Shown: in pieces, positions 43,338 to 53,212 of the stretch
How positions within the stretch are numbered: position 1 is the stretch's first letter
How the letters are laid out: every line of letters begins with the position of its first letter
From: an uncultured virus (IMG/VR IMGVR_UViG_3300028797_000120)
Lineage: Duplodnaviria > Heunggongvirae > Uroviricota > Caudoviricetes
Virus record (IMG/VR): IMGVR_UViG_3300028797_000120
Location: 1-64,000 of that record
Direction: 5' to 3' (one strand)
Length of the DNA: 64,000 nt
Notes under the pieces: model-generated
The model's input: the letters and a program-made list of their open reading frames with translations, nothing else
Told to the model about the DNA's origin: nothing
Database searches by the model: none
Made by a program: the position numbers and the translations under genes

Positions 43338-44097
43338 CAGCCGTCACCGTCACCCTTTCCTTTATCGCCGAATCGACACCCTGCATGATGATGTCAAGAG
43401 CTTCGCACATAATATCCTGAAGATCGGTATACGAGACTGGACGTGACACCATCATGAGTATCCTCCTGTATGCCCTGTTTGCATATGCCTTCCTGTCCGT
43501 GTCCGGGGCGGAGCTCGAAGCCTCAGCAAGGTGCGCAAGCGATCTCGTCAGCGAAACGAACGACATCCACGATTCCCTGTCTTCATCGAAGAACATTTCT
43601 CGCACTTCATCGCGAGTGTAAGGGTAATTCAGGAACTCCTCGACATACTGCCATTTCGCCATTTCCATGTCGCACCCAGACGCCTTTGACAAAAGCATGC
43701 CGGCAATGCCATCCATAAATACGGAAAACTCCTTGCATTTTTCGTCAAACGCCTGCCCCTCAACCCTCGTGAACCAGTACAGACCCTTCCTTTTCGCGGA
43801 GACGACCAGAGCGTACGCGAAAAGGTATTTCATTGTCGCAAACGCGCTGGATTCGGCAGCCTCTTCGGTAAGGATCGAAGCCCTTACAATGTCCGTGTAT
43901 ACGTCCACTACGGAAGGGCCCTCCAGAACGTCCAGACCGTAGAGATTGCCGTACTCAAGCTCCCTTGCCGCAATGATCATGTTACGGAAATATCTTCCGA
44001 AATCCCTTCTTCCTGAGAAGTAGGACAAAACATCGGAACCACCAGACTCTGACATTCTCAATCCCTCACTTTCCATCTGCTGACAATTCTTTTCCAT
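43318..44097 (-). CDS. Hypothetical protein
   Basis: 259-aa ORF in a packed operon. Confidence 0.6.
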   Translation of the reverse strand: MEKNCQQMESEGLRMSESGGSDVLSYFSGRRDFGRYFRNMIIAARELEYGNLYGLDVLEGPSVVDVYTDIVRASILTEEAAESSAFATMKYLFAYALVVSAKRKGLYWFTRVEGQAFDEKCKEFSVFMDGIAGMLLSKASGCDMEMAKWQYVEEFLNYPYTRDEVREMFFDEDRESWMSFVSLTRSLAHLAEASSSAPDTDRKAYANRAYRRILMMVSRPVSYTDLQDIMCEALDIIMQGVDSAIKERVTVTADDKRGS

Positions 44098-44554
44098 GGT
44101 TTATGGCGGACGCGACCTCGCTCTCGGCGATCTTGACCTCCTCGTGGATCTCCTTGTCCAACGCATTGATCCTTTCTACGATCATGGACTGGGCCATGTC
44201 GAGAGCCTCATCGAAATGAAGAAGAACGACCTGCATCATTGCCCTGTCAATCTCATCCTTCGCGTATGCGATTGCGTCCTCGTTTATGGAATTACCGTCG
44301 CCCATGATCCTGATCATTCCCGGAAGGCCTCCCTTTTTCTCTCCGATGTCGTCCCTCGGGATGATCGTGTTACCCTTCCGGATGATTTCTTCCGCCGTGT
44401 ATCCGCCATGCTCGCCTTTCGGCCACACGACTCCGTTCAGCTCCGTGTCGTACATCCCTACGCACATCGACGGGCAGTACTCCAGCAAGGACCTAAGTGC
44501 CCTGACCGCCGTGTACGCGTCGGCCTTCCTCGTCATCTCGTAAAGCTTGTCCAT
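44066..44554 (-). CDS. Hypothetical protein
   Basis: 162 aa, AAGGAAGGTG RBS. Confidence 0.6.
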   Translation of the reverse strand: MDKLYEMTRKADAYTAVRALRSLLEYCPSMCVGMYDTELNGVVWPKGEHGGYTAEEIIRKGNTIIPRDDIGEKKGGLPGMIRIMGDGNSINEDAIAYAKDEIDRAMMQVVLLHFDEALDMAQSMIVERINALDKEIHEEVKIAESEVASAINHGKELSADGK

Positions 44555-44557
44555 TTA

Positions 44558-44959
44558 TTATTGATCACCTTCCTTTTTAGCTATAGACATCATGGCATCG
44601 TCAACGCCGCACTCGCGGCTCAGGATTTGAAGGGATTTCTCGGCGACGCCGATCATCTCCTTGCAATCGCAATAGACTTCGTTCACGCGGGACACAGCCA
44701 AGTCTCTCAACCTCTCCAACGCATCGCGAATGTATGCGATGTCCCCGCACCCCGTGTAGCGGTGCATCCGGTTCATCTCTTCGCAGAACTGGGTGGCGTT
44801 CTTGACCGCATCCTTGTTCCTTCGGTGAGGCTCTCCGGAGAAAAACAGGATGACGTTGCCGTCCGCGTCCCTCACGGTTGCCGTAGGAACCGGAGGAGAG
44901 TACGTTTTTTCACGCTCGCGTTTCCGACCAAGGTTCGTGAGAGGGTATCTCCAGTTCAC
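44558..44959 (-). CDS. Hypothetical protein
   Basis: Probable GTG start overlapping the upstream TGA. Confidence 0.5.
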   Translation of the reverse strand: MNWRYPLTNLGRKREREKTYSPPVPTATVRDADGNVILFFSGEPHRRNKDAVKNATQFCEEMNRMHRYTGCGDIAYIRDALERLRDLAVSRVNEVYCDCKEMIGVAEKSLQILSRECGVDDAMMSIAKKEGDQ

Positions 44960-45360
44960 TTTTCCTTGCTCCTTTCGCGTTTTACAAACCTGACATATCC
45001 ATCCCACCCCTTGTCGAATATGAGGAGAGCGTGGAATCTGGCGCATCCGAACATGGCTCCCGTGCAGTCTTCGCAGACGCTCAGTATCGCATTCTCGAAA
45101 TCGAGCTGACTGCTGTTCGTCATCCTCGGAGTCCACTTCTTACCGGTTTCGCGCTCGAATTCCTCCCGTTCCTTTTTCCATTTTTCCCTCTCTCCCTCGT
45201 GGCTCCTAAGCCACATCACGCCGGCCTTCGCCATCCTCCTGCAGGCAGCCTCATACCCTCCTCCGAATCCGCTGATCTCGAAAGGCCATTTGAACTCGCC
45301 TGCATCCTTCCTAACTTTCGAAGCCAGCTTCCTATCAGGTTTTGTCTTGCCGTCTCTCAT
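44956..45360 (-). CDS. Hypothetical protein
   Basis: 134 aa, overlaps both neighbours. Confidence 0.6.
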   Translation of the reverse strand: MRDGKTKPDRKLASKVRKDAGEFKWPFEISGFGGGYEAACRRMAKAGVMWLRSHEGEREKWKKEREEFERETGKKWTPRMTNSSQLDFENAILSVCEDCTGAMFGCARFHALLIFDKGWDGYVRFVKRERSKEK

Positions 45361-45593
45361 TCACAATATCCTTCCTCGGTTTCGGGCTCGACCCATTCAT
45401 CTTCATGTTCCACGGAAACGACCTTGATTTCCTCCACGGACAATCCTTCTCTCAGGCACCAGTCCGAGCAGAAAACATTGTCCGACTCATCCTCGGCGAA
45501 ATACCGCACCTGAAGGTAGTTGTCGCAAACCTTCAGGTACGTTTCCCCGTCATTCAATTCCTTTCCGCACACAGAGCATATCATTCCGCTCAT
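45357..45593 (-). CDS. Small zinc-finger protein
   Basis: CSVCG...FCSDWC. Confidence 0.6.
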   Translation of the reverse strand: MSGMICSVCGKELNDGETYLKVCDNYLQVRYFAEDESDNVFCSDWCLREGLSVEEIKVVSVEHEDEWVEPETEEGYCE

Positions 45594-45623
45594 TTTCCTC
45601 CCGCCGTGTCAGTCGCGGTAAAC

Positions 45624-46142
45624 TCAGGACAGTTTCTCGTCCCCCTCGACCTCTCCGATGCTCCTGTTTGCCTCGTCAACCGTTTTGTCGAGTTCCTTCC
45701 TGCTCGAATCGGACAGCTTGACGAACGCTTCCTTTATGAGATCGCCAGTCAATCCGATGATCTCGTCCAAATGACTATAGATTGTCATAAGTACCGCCTT
45801 CTCAAGAAACGTACTGAGGCTCCCCTTAGTTTCCGAGTACTTAGACGCATTCTTTCCGACAACCCGAAGGAGTCCACCCGCTCCACTGCAGAGGAATCCG
45901 AGCTTTGGAAGTCCGTCCGCATGCAGCTTCTCCTCTTTGTAGCTCCATGACCAGAATTCTGGGTTGAGGAAACCTCCTTCGTCCACAACCGCAGGAGGCT
46001 CGTAATCGCTGAACGAGCTTTCCCTGTCAAATACAACGATCCCTACGTTCCCTTCCTTGATATCCTTCTGGAGCTCACGTGCAATCCTGTAAGACTCAGG
46101 AAGATTATGCAACAATTCTAAGTTGATAATAACATCACTCAC
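45624..46142 (-). CDS. Hypothetical protein
   Basis: 172 aa, AAGGAG RBS, GTG start. Confidence 0.6.
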   Translation of the reverse strand: MSDVIINLELLHNLPESYRIARELQKDIKEGNVGIVVFDRESSFSDYEPPAVVDEGGFLNPEFWSWSYKEEKLHADGLPKLGFLCSGAGGLLRVVGKNASKYSETKGSLSTFLEKAVLMTIYSHLDEIIGLTGDLIKEAFVKLSDSSRKELDKTVDEANRSIGEVEGDEKLS

Positions 46143-46172
46143 AACACAACTCCTTCCCTATTTCCAAATACC

Positions 46173-46595
46173 TCAAACATCTCCTGAACCGTCTCCGTCT
46201 CCGTCGCCGTCGTCGTATCCGGAGCCGTAGCCATAGCCGGAACCGCAGCCGTAGCCGGATCCGAATCCGTAGCCAGCGCCAGAGCCGTCGCCGGCGTCGT
46301 ATCCGGAGCCGTAGCCGTCGCCGACGCCGCATCCGTAGCCGCTTCCGTCGCCGAATCCAGATCCGGAGCCGTCGCCTGAGCCGCATCCGTAGCCGCGGCC
46401 GGATCCGCAGCCGTAGCCGCAGCCAGACCCGTCGCCGGCGCCGTCGCCGCAGCCGTGTCCGCAGCCAGATCCGTAGCCGGTGCCGGAGCCGTAGCCGTGG
46501 CCGTATCCGGTGCCGGAGCCGTAGCCTGATCCAGATCCGTCGCAAGAGCTGGAGCAAGATCCGAACTTAAACGGCTTTGCTTTAATTTTGCTCAC
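46173..46595 (-). CDS. Gly-X dipeptide repeat protein
   Basis: ~120 aa of strict G-x alternation (x = S,Y,D,C,T,H,A,R,F,V); overlaps the upstream gene. Confidence 0.65.
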   Translation of the reverse strand: MSKIKAKPFKFGSCSSSCDGSGSGYGSGTGYGHGYGSGTGYGSGCGHGCGDGAGDGSGCGYGCGSGRGYGCGSGDGSGSGFGDGSGYGCGVGDGYGSGYDAGDGSGAGYGFGSGYGCGSGYGYGSGYDDGDGDGDGSGDV

Positions 46596-46977
46596 ACACT
46601 GCCGCCTCTCTTATTGTCCTCGCCGCCGTTTCGCTGCACGGTATCACCTCATATACGTCTCCCAAGAAGATTTCTGGGAGTTCGTCCGGAAGGGCTATAT
46701 TATTGGCGATGCCATGCACCGCGACCGCAGAGAGCGAAATGCCCTTTTTCGCCTTCCAAGACCACAGCCTACGTGAGTTGACGAGTTGGCAGTGGTTGCC
46801 GTCGTGATCCTTCAAAAATCCCGCGTGAACGCCACAGTAGTAGCCTCGGCATATCACGTACGGGAGTCCGTCGGTGTTCTGAGCGGGGTATTTGGCGGTT
46901 TCGTGGATTGCGCTTCTTCGTACCCACTCCTCGCCGTTTATCGTCATTGTGTCATCTGTGTTCATCTGAGTGTTCAT
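46582..46977 (-). CDS. DUF6948-like small beta protein
   Basis: YVICRGYYCGVHAG..LVNSRRLWSW..ISLSAVAVHGI..EVIPCSETA. Confidence 0.65.
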   Translation of the reverse strand: MNTQMNTDDTMTINGEEWVRRSAIHETAKYPAQNTDGLPYVICRGYYCGVHAGFLKDHDGNHCQLVNSRRLWSWKAKKGISLSAVAVHGIANNIALPDELPEIFLGDVYEVIPCSETAARTIREAAVCEQN

Positions 46978-47029
46978 CCTTTGTGTTTTTCATGATGGCC
47001 CTACTCGCTCGAGCTTTCGGGCCATCGTC

Positions 47030-47503
47030 TTACCTGTCGTAGCCGTCGCCGTATCCGGATCCGTATCCGTCGCCGTATCCGTCGCCATAGCCGTCGCCAT
47101 AGCCGTCGCCTTCGCCGGCGCCGTAGCCGTTGCCGGAGCCGAATCCGGCGCCGTAGCCGTTGCCGGAGCCGAATCCAGAGCCGTCTTCGTCGCCGGAGCC
47201 GTCGCCGTAGCCGTCTCCATAGCCGTAGCCTTCGCCGTCGCCTTCGCCTGAGCCGTAGCCGCGGACGTAGCTGTCTCCGGAGCCGTAGCCGTTGCCGGAG
47301 CCGAATCCGGCGCCGTTGCCGTAGCCGTATCCAGAGCCGTCTTCGTCGCCGGAGCCGTCGCCGTAGCCGTATCCAGAGCCGTCTTCGTCGCCGGAGCCGT
47401 CGCCTTCGCCAGATCCGTCGCCGTATCCTGAGCCGGAGCCGTATCCGGGTTCTGAATCGGGACTGAAACCGAAGTGCAGTCCGACTTCATCAGGATCAAT
47501 CAT
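47030..47503 (-). CDS. Gly-X dipeptide repeat protein (acidic)
   Basis: GYGDGSGDEDG-type repeats over ~135 aa; overlaps the upstream gene. Confidence 0.65.
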   Translation of the reverse strand: MIDPDEVGLHFGFSPDSEPGYGSGSGYGDGSGEGDGSGDEDGSGYGYGDGSGDEDGSGYGYGNGAGFGSGNGYGSGDSYVRGYGSGEGDGEGYGYGDGYGDGSGDEDGSGFGSGNGYGAGFGSGNGYGAGEGDGYGDGYGDGYGDGYGSGYGDGYDR

Positions 47504-47906
47504 TATCGTCTTCGATAAACTTCTCATAGGTTTCCCACGCGTGGTCGGTCACGGGAATGTACTCGATCGCGTTTGTCAAGACGACCTCGTCCGTCCTGTT
47601 AAGCCTTCCACTTGCGATCCCGTTGTGCGCGACGGCCGAGAGCGACAATCCCCCTCCGCTCCATTTCCAGAGACGGAGCGCATCCTTCAGATGGCACTCC
47701 GTAGCATTGTCCGGGTTAACCGACACCAAAGTGCCGATATGGACACCTGCCGAATAGGACCTGACAAGCACGCGCTTCCCGATCATAGGATGCCGCCAAA
47801 CCGGACGGCTGGCCTCCTTCACATTGCCTTCTTCCTTCACATCGCCTTCTTCCTCCATACCGACGATCTTCTCCAAAATTCCGATAAGCCTCTCATACTT
47901 TCCCAT
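47496..47906 (-). CDS. DUF6948-like small beta protein
   Basis: MIGKRVLVRSYSAGVHIG..LKDALRLWKW..LSLSAVAHNGI..IEYIPVT; GGAGGAG RBS. Confidence 0.65.
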   Translation of the reverse strand: MGKYERLIGILEKIVGMEEEGDVKEEGNVKEASRPVWRHPMIGKRVLVRSYSAGVHIGTLVSVNPDNATECHLKDALRLWKWSGGGLSLSAVAHNGIASGRLNRTDEVVLTNAIEYIPVTDHAWETYEKFIEDDND

Positions 47907-48167
47907 AATCCAAAGTCTCCTCCGATTTTCGTTCTGCAAAAGAAAAAACCCGCCGCCGCCAATTCATTAAGCGCTCGCACCCCTCCAACGGGGGCCGTCC
48001 GCGACGGCGGCGGGCATCCCTGCACCCGCCGGGAACATTTTGTCCTGCATGATTCCGTTCCAGACTCGCTCGAACATCTCGTATAGGGCGTACGACGCGT
48101 CTTGTGACAGGTGGTAAACGCTCTCGTCGGTGTCCATTATGACATACGTGTCCTTCATGTAGCGACC

Positions 48168-48671
48168 TCACCGCGTCGTCTCCAAGATGGCCTCGTCCGC
48201 CTTGAGCACTAGGTCGCTGACGGACTTTGCGAGTGTCTTCACAATATGCTTCTTGATCTGCTCGCCCATTATCTGGAACACCCAGTTGCCCTGGCCGACC
48301 TCGAACAAAGCCATGTTTTCGTCGACGCGCTGCTCGATGGACTTCCTGAGTTCGTCTGACATCTCTGAAACCTGATGCAGAATCTCTGCGTTGAACGACC
48401 TCCTGACCTCGGCCCTGATGTGCTCACGCGCTTCATTCGTCAGCCTGACCATGTTGTCGTCCCTGTGGGGATACCAGATGCCGAGGGTTGTGCTGTTTTG
48501 AATCACGGCGAGAATCAGCTTGTCGATTCTCTCTGACACCTGTTGCTTCACCTGCTCCTTGATTACCTTCTCCACCAGCTCGGCGACGTCGAGCCCCTGA
48601 AAGGTCATCATGATCTGCTCCTGTTTGGGCATTTTGGCGCTCTTGCGCCTTGAGTTTGTTGCTTTGCTCAT
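48168..48671 (-). CDS. Hypothetical coiled-coil protein
   Basis: 167 aa, AAGGAG RBS. Confidence 0.6.
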   Translation of the reverse strand: MSKATNSRRKSAKMPKQEQIMMTFQGLDVAELVEKVIKEQVKQQVSERIDKLILAVIQNSTTLGIWYPHRDDNMVRLTNEAREHIRAEVRRSFNAEILHQVSEMSDELRKSIEQRVDENMALFEVGQGNWVFQIMGEQIKKHIVKTLAKSVSDLVLKADEAILETTR

Positions 48672-48675
48672 TTTT

Positions 48676-49707
48676 TCAGTCTCCTTTGTTGTTATCTTTT
48701 TCCGACTCCGCCTGCTTCCTGGCGAGTGGGAACTTTTCCCCCATGACCGCTTCGTACAGCGCGAGCATGTTTTCGCGGGGTATCCTGTGGCAGCCGATCT
48801 GGATCGTGTCTCCCTCGTATCTAACGATGGAGTAGGGTCCTATCTTCATCGTGCGCATGTCCTTCCCGAGCGCCCACAGCCTCAGCAGCACCTTCGCCTC
48901 GTCCAGCGGGACGCTGACGCGCTCCGACGTCCTGATGCAGTTGTTTTCGGGCTCCGGCCACACGTACGCCGCGTTCCTGTCGATCTTTTTCCGGAACATC
49001 GTCCTCTGGTAGCGGTCGAACGGGAACCTCTCGCTGTGGTATCCAACGTCGAAGACCGCGCGCACGAACTCGCAGTAGTCCGCGCCAGACGTCTCCCCCT
49101 TCGGAAGGTACTTTGCGAACAGGATGCGCGTCTCGGCGGCGCGCTCCGCAGCCTCCCTGCGCCTCTTCGCCTGTAGCTCCTTCGCCATCTTCTCGACATC
49201 CATCGCCTCGAACCGCTTGAACCTACGGTCGCGGAGGGGCCTCGCCCATTCCTCGCACGAAAGCTCCATTACCTTTTTGCGGCACGCCATGAGATTCGCG
49301 AACTCGCGGCGGTTGCCGATCGTGTTCAGCTGGCCGGTTAGTCTCTCGAGGGCCTCGAGGAAGTTCTCCGCCACGCCTCTCGGCGAGAAGTCGGAACACC
49401 CCCTTCTGAGCGGCACGGGCACGACCGTGAACGGGCTCGCCTGTAGCACATACGATATGTGCTTTGACGTCGTTTTGCTCATCGAGTAATATGATATGAG
49501 CGTCAGCCCAGTCTCAGGATCATTCGTGCGGACGTCCTTCTCCTCCCTGTCCTTCGTCGGGACCACCTTCGCGATCGCCGTCGAGTAGCTGAAGGCCGTG
49601 GACCCCCTGTATCTCAGCGAGCATCCGCGGTACGCGTGGCTCTCGTCTCTGTCGACGCCCTTGTAGTAGAAGTCGTGGGCCATCGACCAGTTTGTGTGAC
49701 TTGACAT
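48676..49707 (-). CDS. Conserved-looking phage early protein of unknown function
   Basis: 343 aa; FSYSTAIA..SKTTSKH N-domain and IQIGCHRIP C-domain. Confidence 0.7.
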   Translation of the reverse strand: MSSHTNWSMAHDFYYKGVDRDESHAYRGCSLRYRGSTAFSYSTAIAKVVPTKDREEKDVRTNDPETGLTLISYYSMSKTTSKHISYVLQASPFTVVPVPLRRGCSDFSPRGVAENFLEALERLTGQLNTIGNRREFANLMACRKKVMELSCEEWARPLRDRRFKRFEAMDVEKMAKELQAKRRREAAERAAETRILFAKYLPKGETSGADYCEFVRAVFDVGYHSERFPFDRYQRTMFRKKIDRNAAYVWPEPENNCIRTSERVSVPLDEAKVLLRLWALGKDMRTMKIGPYSIVRYEGDTIQIGCHRIPRENMLALYEAVMGEKFPLARKQAESEKDNNKGD

Positions 49708-49737
49708 GTTTACCTTCTTTCGTTCGTTCTTTCAGGC

Positions 49738-50076
49738 TCACGCAGCCACGGCCGGACGTAGCGTCCAGCCGTCGTCTTCGAGCTGCGTCTCAACGGGCCC
49801 GTACAGCCACGCTGGGAGCCGATTGTCCGCCCCCTTCGGGACCAGTGACACGATCTCGCGGACGCACCGTACGTCGGCGGCGTCCACGAGTTCGATGATC
49901 TTCTTACACAGCAAGTCTCTGGTCCCATGCGTGGTGCATGGCATGGTTCCGTCAAGAAACCTCCCCATGGCGAGCAGCGTCAGTTTCCCGTTCCAGTAGA
50001 TCCGATCCGTGACGCGTTCGACGTTTTCCTTCACGACCGTCTTCACACGGTCGAATTTAATCGACTTTTCAGACAT
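49738..50076 (-). CDS. Hypothetical protein
   Basis: 112 aa, GGAGGAG RBS. Confidence 0.6.
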   Translation of the reverse strand: MSEKSIKFDRVKTVVKENVERVTDRIYWNGKLTLLAMGRFLDGTMPCTTHGTRDLLCKKIIELVDAADVRCVREIVSLVPKGADNRLPAWLYGPVETQLEDDGWTLRPAVAA

Positions 50077-50145
50077 GATTCTCGATCTCCTCCCCGATAC
50101 CCGTTACGATCCGGTATAGATCCTCGTCAGTGTCAGTTCCCATGA

Positions 50146-50514
50146 TCACTCCTTGTCAACGTCACCGCTTCTGTCGGAGACTCCGGTTTCAAACAGTTCC
50201 CTGGCGTCCTCCACATCAGCGGCGCACAGGCTACTTACCTTCCACAGCCTGTAGATCTTCCTGAACGTCCTGTTCGCGCGCAGATGCCGAAGGAGGACAT
50301 CGAGATCGACCTTTCCCTTTATCCTGTCGCGTTTAGGGTTCCAGACATACGCAGTAGCCATGAACGCGTCGCACACGTCTCCCTCGACCAGCTCGACCAA
50401 GACGCTGACCGGGAAGGACTTCCTCTTCCCGGTGAAGGCGACCTTACCGAATTCAATCGTGCTGATCATTTTTCTGGGTTTCATCGTCGCCATCGACTTC
50501 CCTCTCTGTAGCAT
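50146..50514 (-). CDS. Hypothetical protein
   Basis: 122-aa ORF. Confidence 0.55.
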   Translation of the reverse strand: MLQRGKSMATMKPRKMISTIEFGKVAFTGKRKSFPVSVLVELVEGDVCDAFMATAYVWNPKRDRIKGKVDLDVLLRHLRANRTFRKIYRLWKVSSLCAADVEDARELFETGVSDRSGDVDKE

Positions 50515-50525
50515 TCTCCCATTTC

Positions 50526-50774
50526 CTAGTCCTTTGACCTGTAGTTTTCGATTTGCTCACCCAGGCAATTCGCGGCGTCTAAGATGTGCCTGATCGCGGC
50601 CCTCACGAGGGTCTCCGCCGTCTCCATGGACATCAGGAAGTCTCCCTCGAACTCCCTCTCGTAGTCAAAGAGGATGCTGTACGCGTACGCGAGATGCTCG
50701 ACGCACTCCTTCTTCGCCTCGATGTAATCAGCAACCCCTTTAACCTCTTCCATGTCTTCTCTGTTTTTAGCCAT
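50526..50774 (-). CDS. Hypothetical protein
   Basis: 82 aa, AGGAG RBS. Confidence 0.55.
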   Translation of the reverse strand: MAKNREDMEEVKGVADYIEAKKECVEHLAYAYSILFDYEREFEGDFLMSMETAETLVRAAIRHILDAANCLGEQIENYRSKD

Positions 50775-50867
50775 ACCCTATCTCCTGAATAATGACCCGT
50801 CAATCAGATTGTCGCCATCGACTTCCGATTCTTGCGGATGTCGGTCGTTCCGATCTTCTTGATCATT

Positions 50868-51168
50868 TTAATTCTCCTTTCGTGTTTGCCATGTTTTCCT
50901 TAGCCCCATAGCATATTCGCCAGGGGGGATGTACCCTTTGTAGACGGACTGTGCAACACCCTTTACGAACACGACATTCGCGAGCGCGCAAAGTGTTTCC
51001 ACCCGCTCAAGGAACTCGTCTTCATCACAACTCTCGATCCTTTCCTCCGCAACACTTACCGCGAAGTCGGCGACAAACCTCGCCGCCCCGGTCGGATTCC
51101 TTGTCAGCATGTCCTTCAGCCAAGGCTGTACGTGGCCGGCGAACGTTACTTCCAACTTCATTCCCATG
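50868..51168 (-). CDS. Hypothetical protein
   Basis: Probable start MGMKLEV behind GGAGGAGG; start coordinate approximate. Confidence 0.5.
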
Positions 51169-51282
51169 TCATACCTCCTCCGCCTCGAATGTCGAGTGCT
51201 TGTATTATGACTACTCTCATCCCTTGGACCAGTCGTCCAGGCCCTTTTCAATCTTGTCGGCGAGCTCGGTACATGCGCTTCA

Positions 51283-51528
51283 TCAATCGAGCCTATTCCA
51301 GCCGTCGAACCGCATCATGCACTTCGGCGGCCGTGTCGGCTCGGGGTCCGCCTGTGTGACGGACTGCGTTTCTCTACCGTACGGATTGTCGACGGCGCAG
51401 CACATTTCGATCGACCCCCTGTCGAGGAGGTCGTCGACATACTGTTCCGCCTCTTCTCCGTCTTCCGCCTTCACGGCGACCCGCAGGTGGCGCGTCTGGT
51501 CGATGTCTACGTAGAACCATCTTTTCAT
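51283..51528 (-). CDS. DpnD/PcfM-like small protein
   Basis: FYVDIDQTRHLRVAVKAEDGEEAEQYV pattern. Confidence 0.45.
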   Translation of the reverse strand: MKRWFYVDIDQTRHLRVAVKAEDGEEAEQYVDDLLDRGSIEMCCAVDNPYGRETQSVTQADPEPTRPPKCMMRFDGWNRLD

Positions 51529-51691
51529 GGATCAATTTTCCTCCATACCTGCGTCCCTTTCGGGAGCCGCCTGTAGCCATACCTGTCCCGGTACCACGCA
51601 CGGGCCTCGGCCTCCGAATACGCATACACGTCGGACGCGTAAACATGCCCCGGGATCCAGAGCATCCAATGTATCAACCGCTTCACATCCT

Positions 51692-52135
51692 TCACAGGCA
51701 GGCATCCTTCAGCGGGCACTTGCTGTCCTTGAGGATGGACCTCTTCGCGATGTCGATGATGCCCTTCGGAACGTCGGCCGGCCTGAACCCGTCCGAGGCG
51801 ACCACGCACTCCTTCCCGTCGGAACGTGTGCACCGAAGGACTACGGTGCTTCCGTAGATGCCCCACGCGTCAACGATCGCGTAGGCGTTATTCATGGGAT
51901 CGTCCTGGTTCCACAGCATCACCAGCGTCCCCGGTTCCTGCTCGAGGGCCTCTACCCACTTCCACGGCATCGCCAGAAACATGATCTTTGGCGCGGGCAT
52001 TCCTGCTCCGTACTGCATGCGATATGCAGTTGTGTACCTCTGGTACATTTCGTCGCATTTTGCCTCGAGTTCCTTTGCATCACTGCTGATGTGTATAGCG
52101 GGGCGGCTCCCCGCCAGTTTCTCCAACACGTTCAT
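51692..52135 (-). CDS. Hypothetical protein
   Basis: 147 aa, AAGGAG RBS. Confidence 0.6.
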   Translation of the reverse strand: MNVLEKLAGSRPAIHISSDAKELEAKCDEMYQRYTTAYRMQYGAGMPAPKIMFLAMPWKWVEALEQEPGTLVMLWNQDDPMNNAYAIVDAWGIYGSTVVLRCTRSDGKECVVASDGFRPADVPKGIIDIAKRSILKDSKCPLKDACL

Positions 52136-52349
52136 TCCGCTTCTCCTTTCTTTTCTTCATCAGGCTCGTATGGCCACGGAGCGTTTGGGCACATGTCGTG
52201 TCCGAGTATCGCGCGCAGGAATCCGGACTTGTCACAGCATGGATAGTCCTCTCCAGGCGCATAGGACGCGACCTTGCAATGTCCGCACGTCTTCCAGTTT
52301 CTGTCACATTTCGATGTTATAGGAGAGTATTTCCTCATCGTCATTGACC

Positions 52350-52652
52350 CTACTCGTTTTTCTCGATCTCCTCGTTTTCCTCCGATGGCTGCGGCTCGAA
52401 GCACAGACTCTCCCCGCACCCGCCGTAGCTCCATATCGCGACGTCGCGGAGGCGGAAGTCACCGTTGGCGCAAAAGTCGAGCGTTATCTGGTCCACGTCC
52501 GACATCGGCTCCTCGGACCTTCTGTCCCACTTCACGCCCGCGCTCTTGAGCGCATTGACCATCGCCGCCACTGCGTCCTCGAACGCCGCGCGCTGGGCAA
52601 GATTCAGCTTCAGGTAGTCTTCGTAGCCGTCGTACTTTTCGCGCTTGGTCAT
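52350..52652 (-). CDS. Hypothetical protein
   Basis: Start MTKREK in ATGA overlap with the upstream stop. Confidence 0.5.
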   Translation of the reverse strand: MTKREKYDGYEDYLKLNLAQRAAFEDAVAAMVNALKSAGVKWDRRSEEPMSDVDQITLDFCANGDFRLRDVAIWSYGGCGESLCFEPQPSEENEEIEKNE

Positions 52653-53212
52653 TCGTCCTTGTCCTTCCAGTCGCGCCAGACGCGGCGCGCAGTCTTTCTC
52701 ACGAACTTGGCGAAGTCTTCCCACGAGCGGTAGCCAACAGGGGCGCCCAGATCCATCCTATCAATGTAGCCGTTGCGGCCCTTCGTGAAGACCATTCCCC
52801 ACTTGAGGTCGATGGACTCGTCGGTGTCGTCGACGTGCCCCTCCTCGAGCTCCGGGTCAGCCTTGGCCATCGCCTCGGTGACGTACGGCATCTCGAAGTC
52901 GATGTCGTAGTCGCACTGCATGATGTTGTTGTGCGTCTGCCGGCCGATCTTCCAGCAGATGCGCCAGCCTTGGTCCACCTCCTTCGGGTCGACAGGCGGG
53001 CAGAACGCGGGCCGGAGCTCGCCGTTCTTGCCGCACCATTTCTCCTCGGACGCCGGGCCGTAGCCGGACTGCCAGCCCATGCAGACGCAGTACCGGTACT
53101 TGTCGGTGCTCGCGAAGTGGATGGAGCAGCAGCCCGCCTGTTCGCGGACGAGCCACTCCCACCACCTCTTGAGCTCCTTTCCGGTGACTTCCTTGAGGTC
53201 ACATGTCCTCAT
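52649..53212 (-). CDS. Hypothetical Trp/Cys-rich protein
   Basis: 187 aa, AGGAG RBS. Confidence 0.6.
   Translation of the reverse strand: MRTCDLKEVTGKELKRWWEWLVREQAGCCSIHFASTDKYRYCVCMGWQSGYGPASEEKWCGKNGELRPAFCPPVDPKEVDQGWRICWKIGRQTHNNIMQCDYDIDFEMPYVTEAMAKADPELEEGHVDDTDESIDLKWGMVFTKGRNGYIDRMDLGAPVGYRSWEDFAKFVRKTARRVWRDWKDKDE

Noticed and set aside
46135..47499. Arg/Leu-repeat ORF (46135..46557) and Thr/Ala-repeat ORF (46990..47499)
   Set aside because: Alternative frames of the Gly-X repeats; the Gly frame is the one shared by both modules
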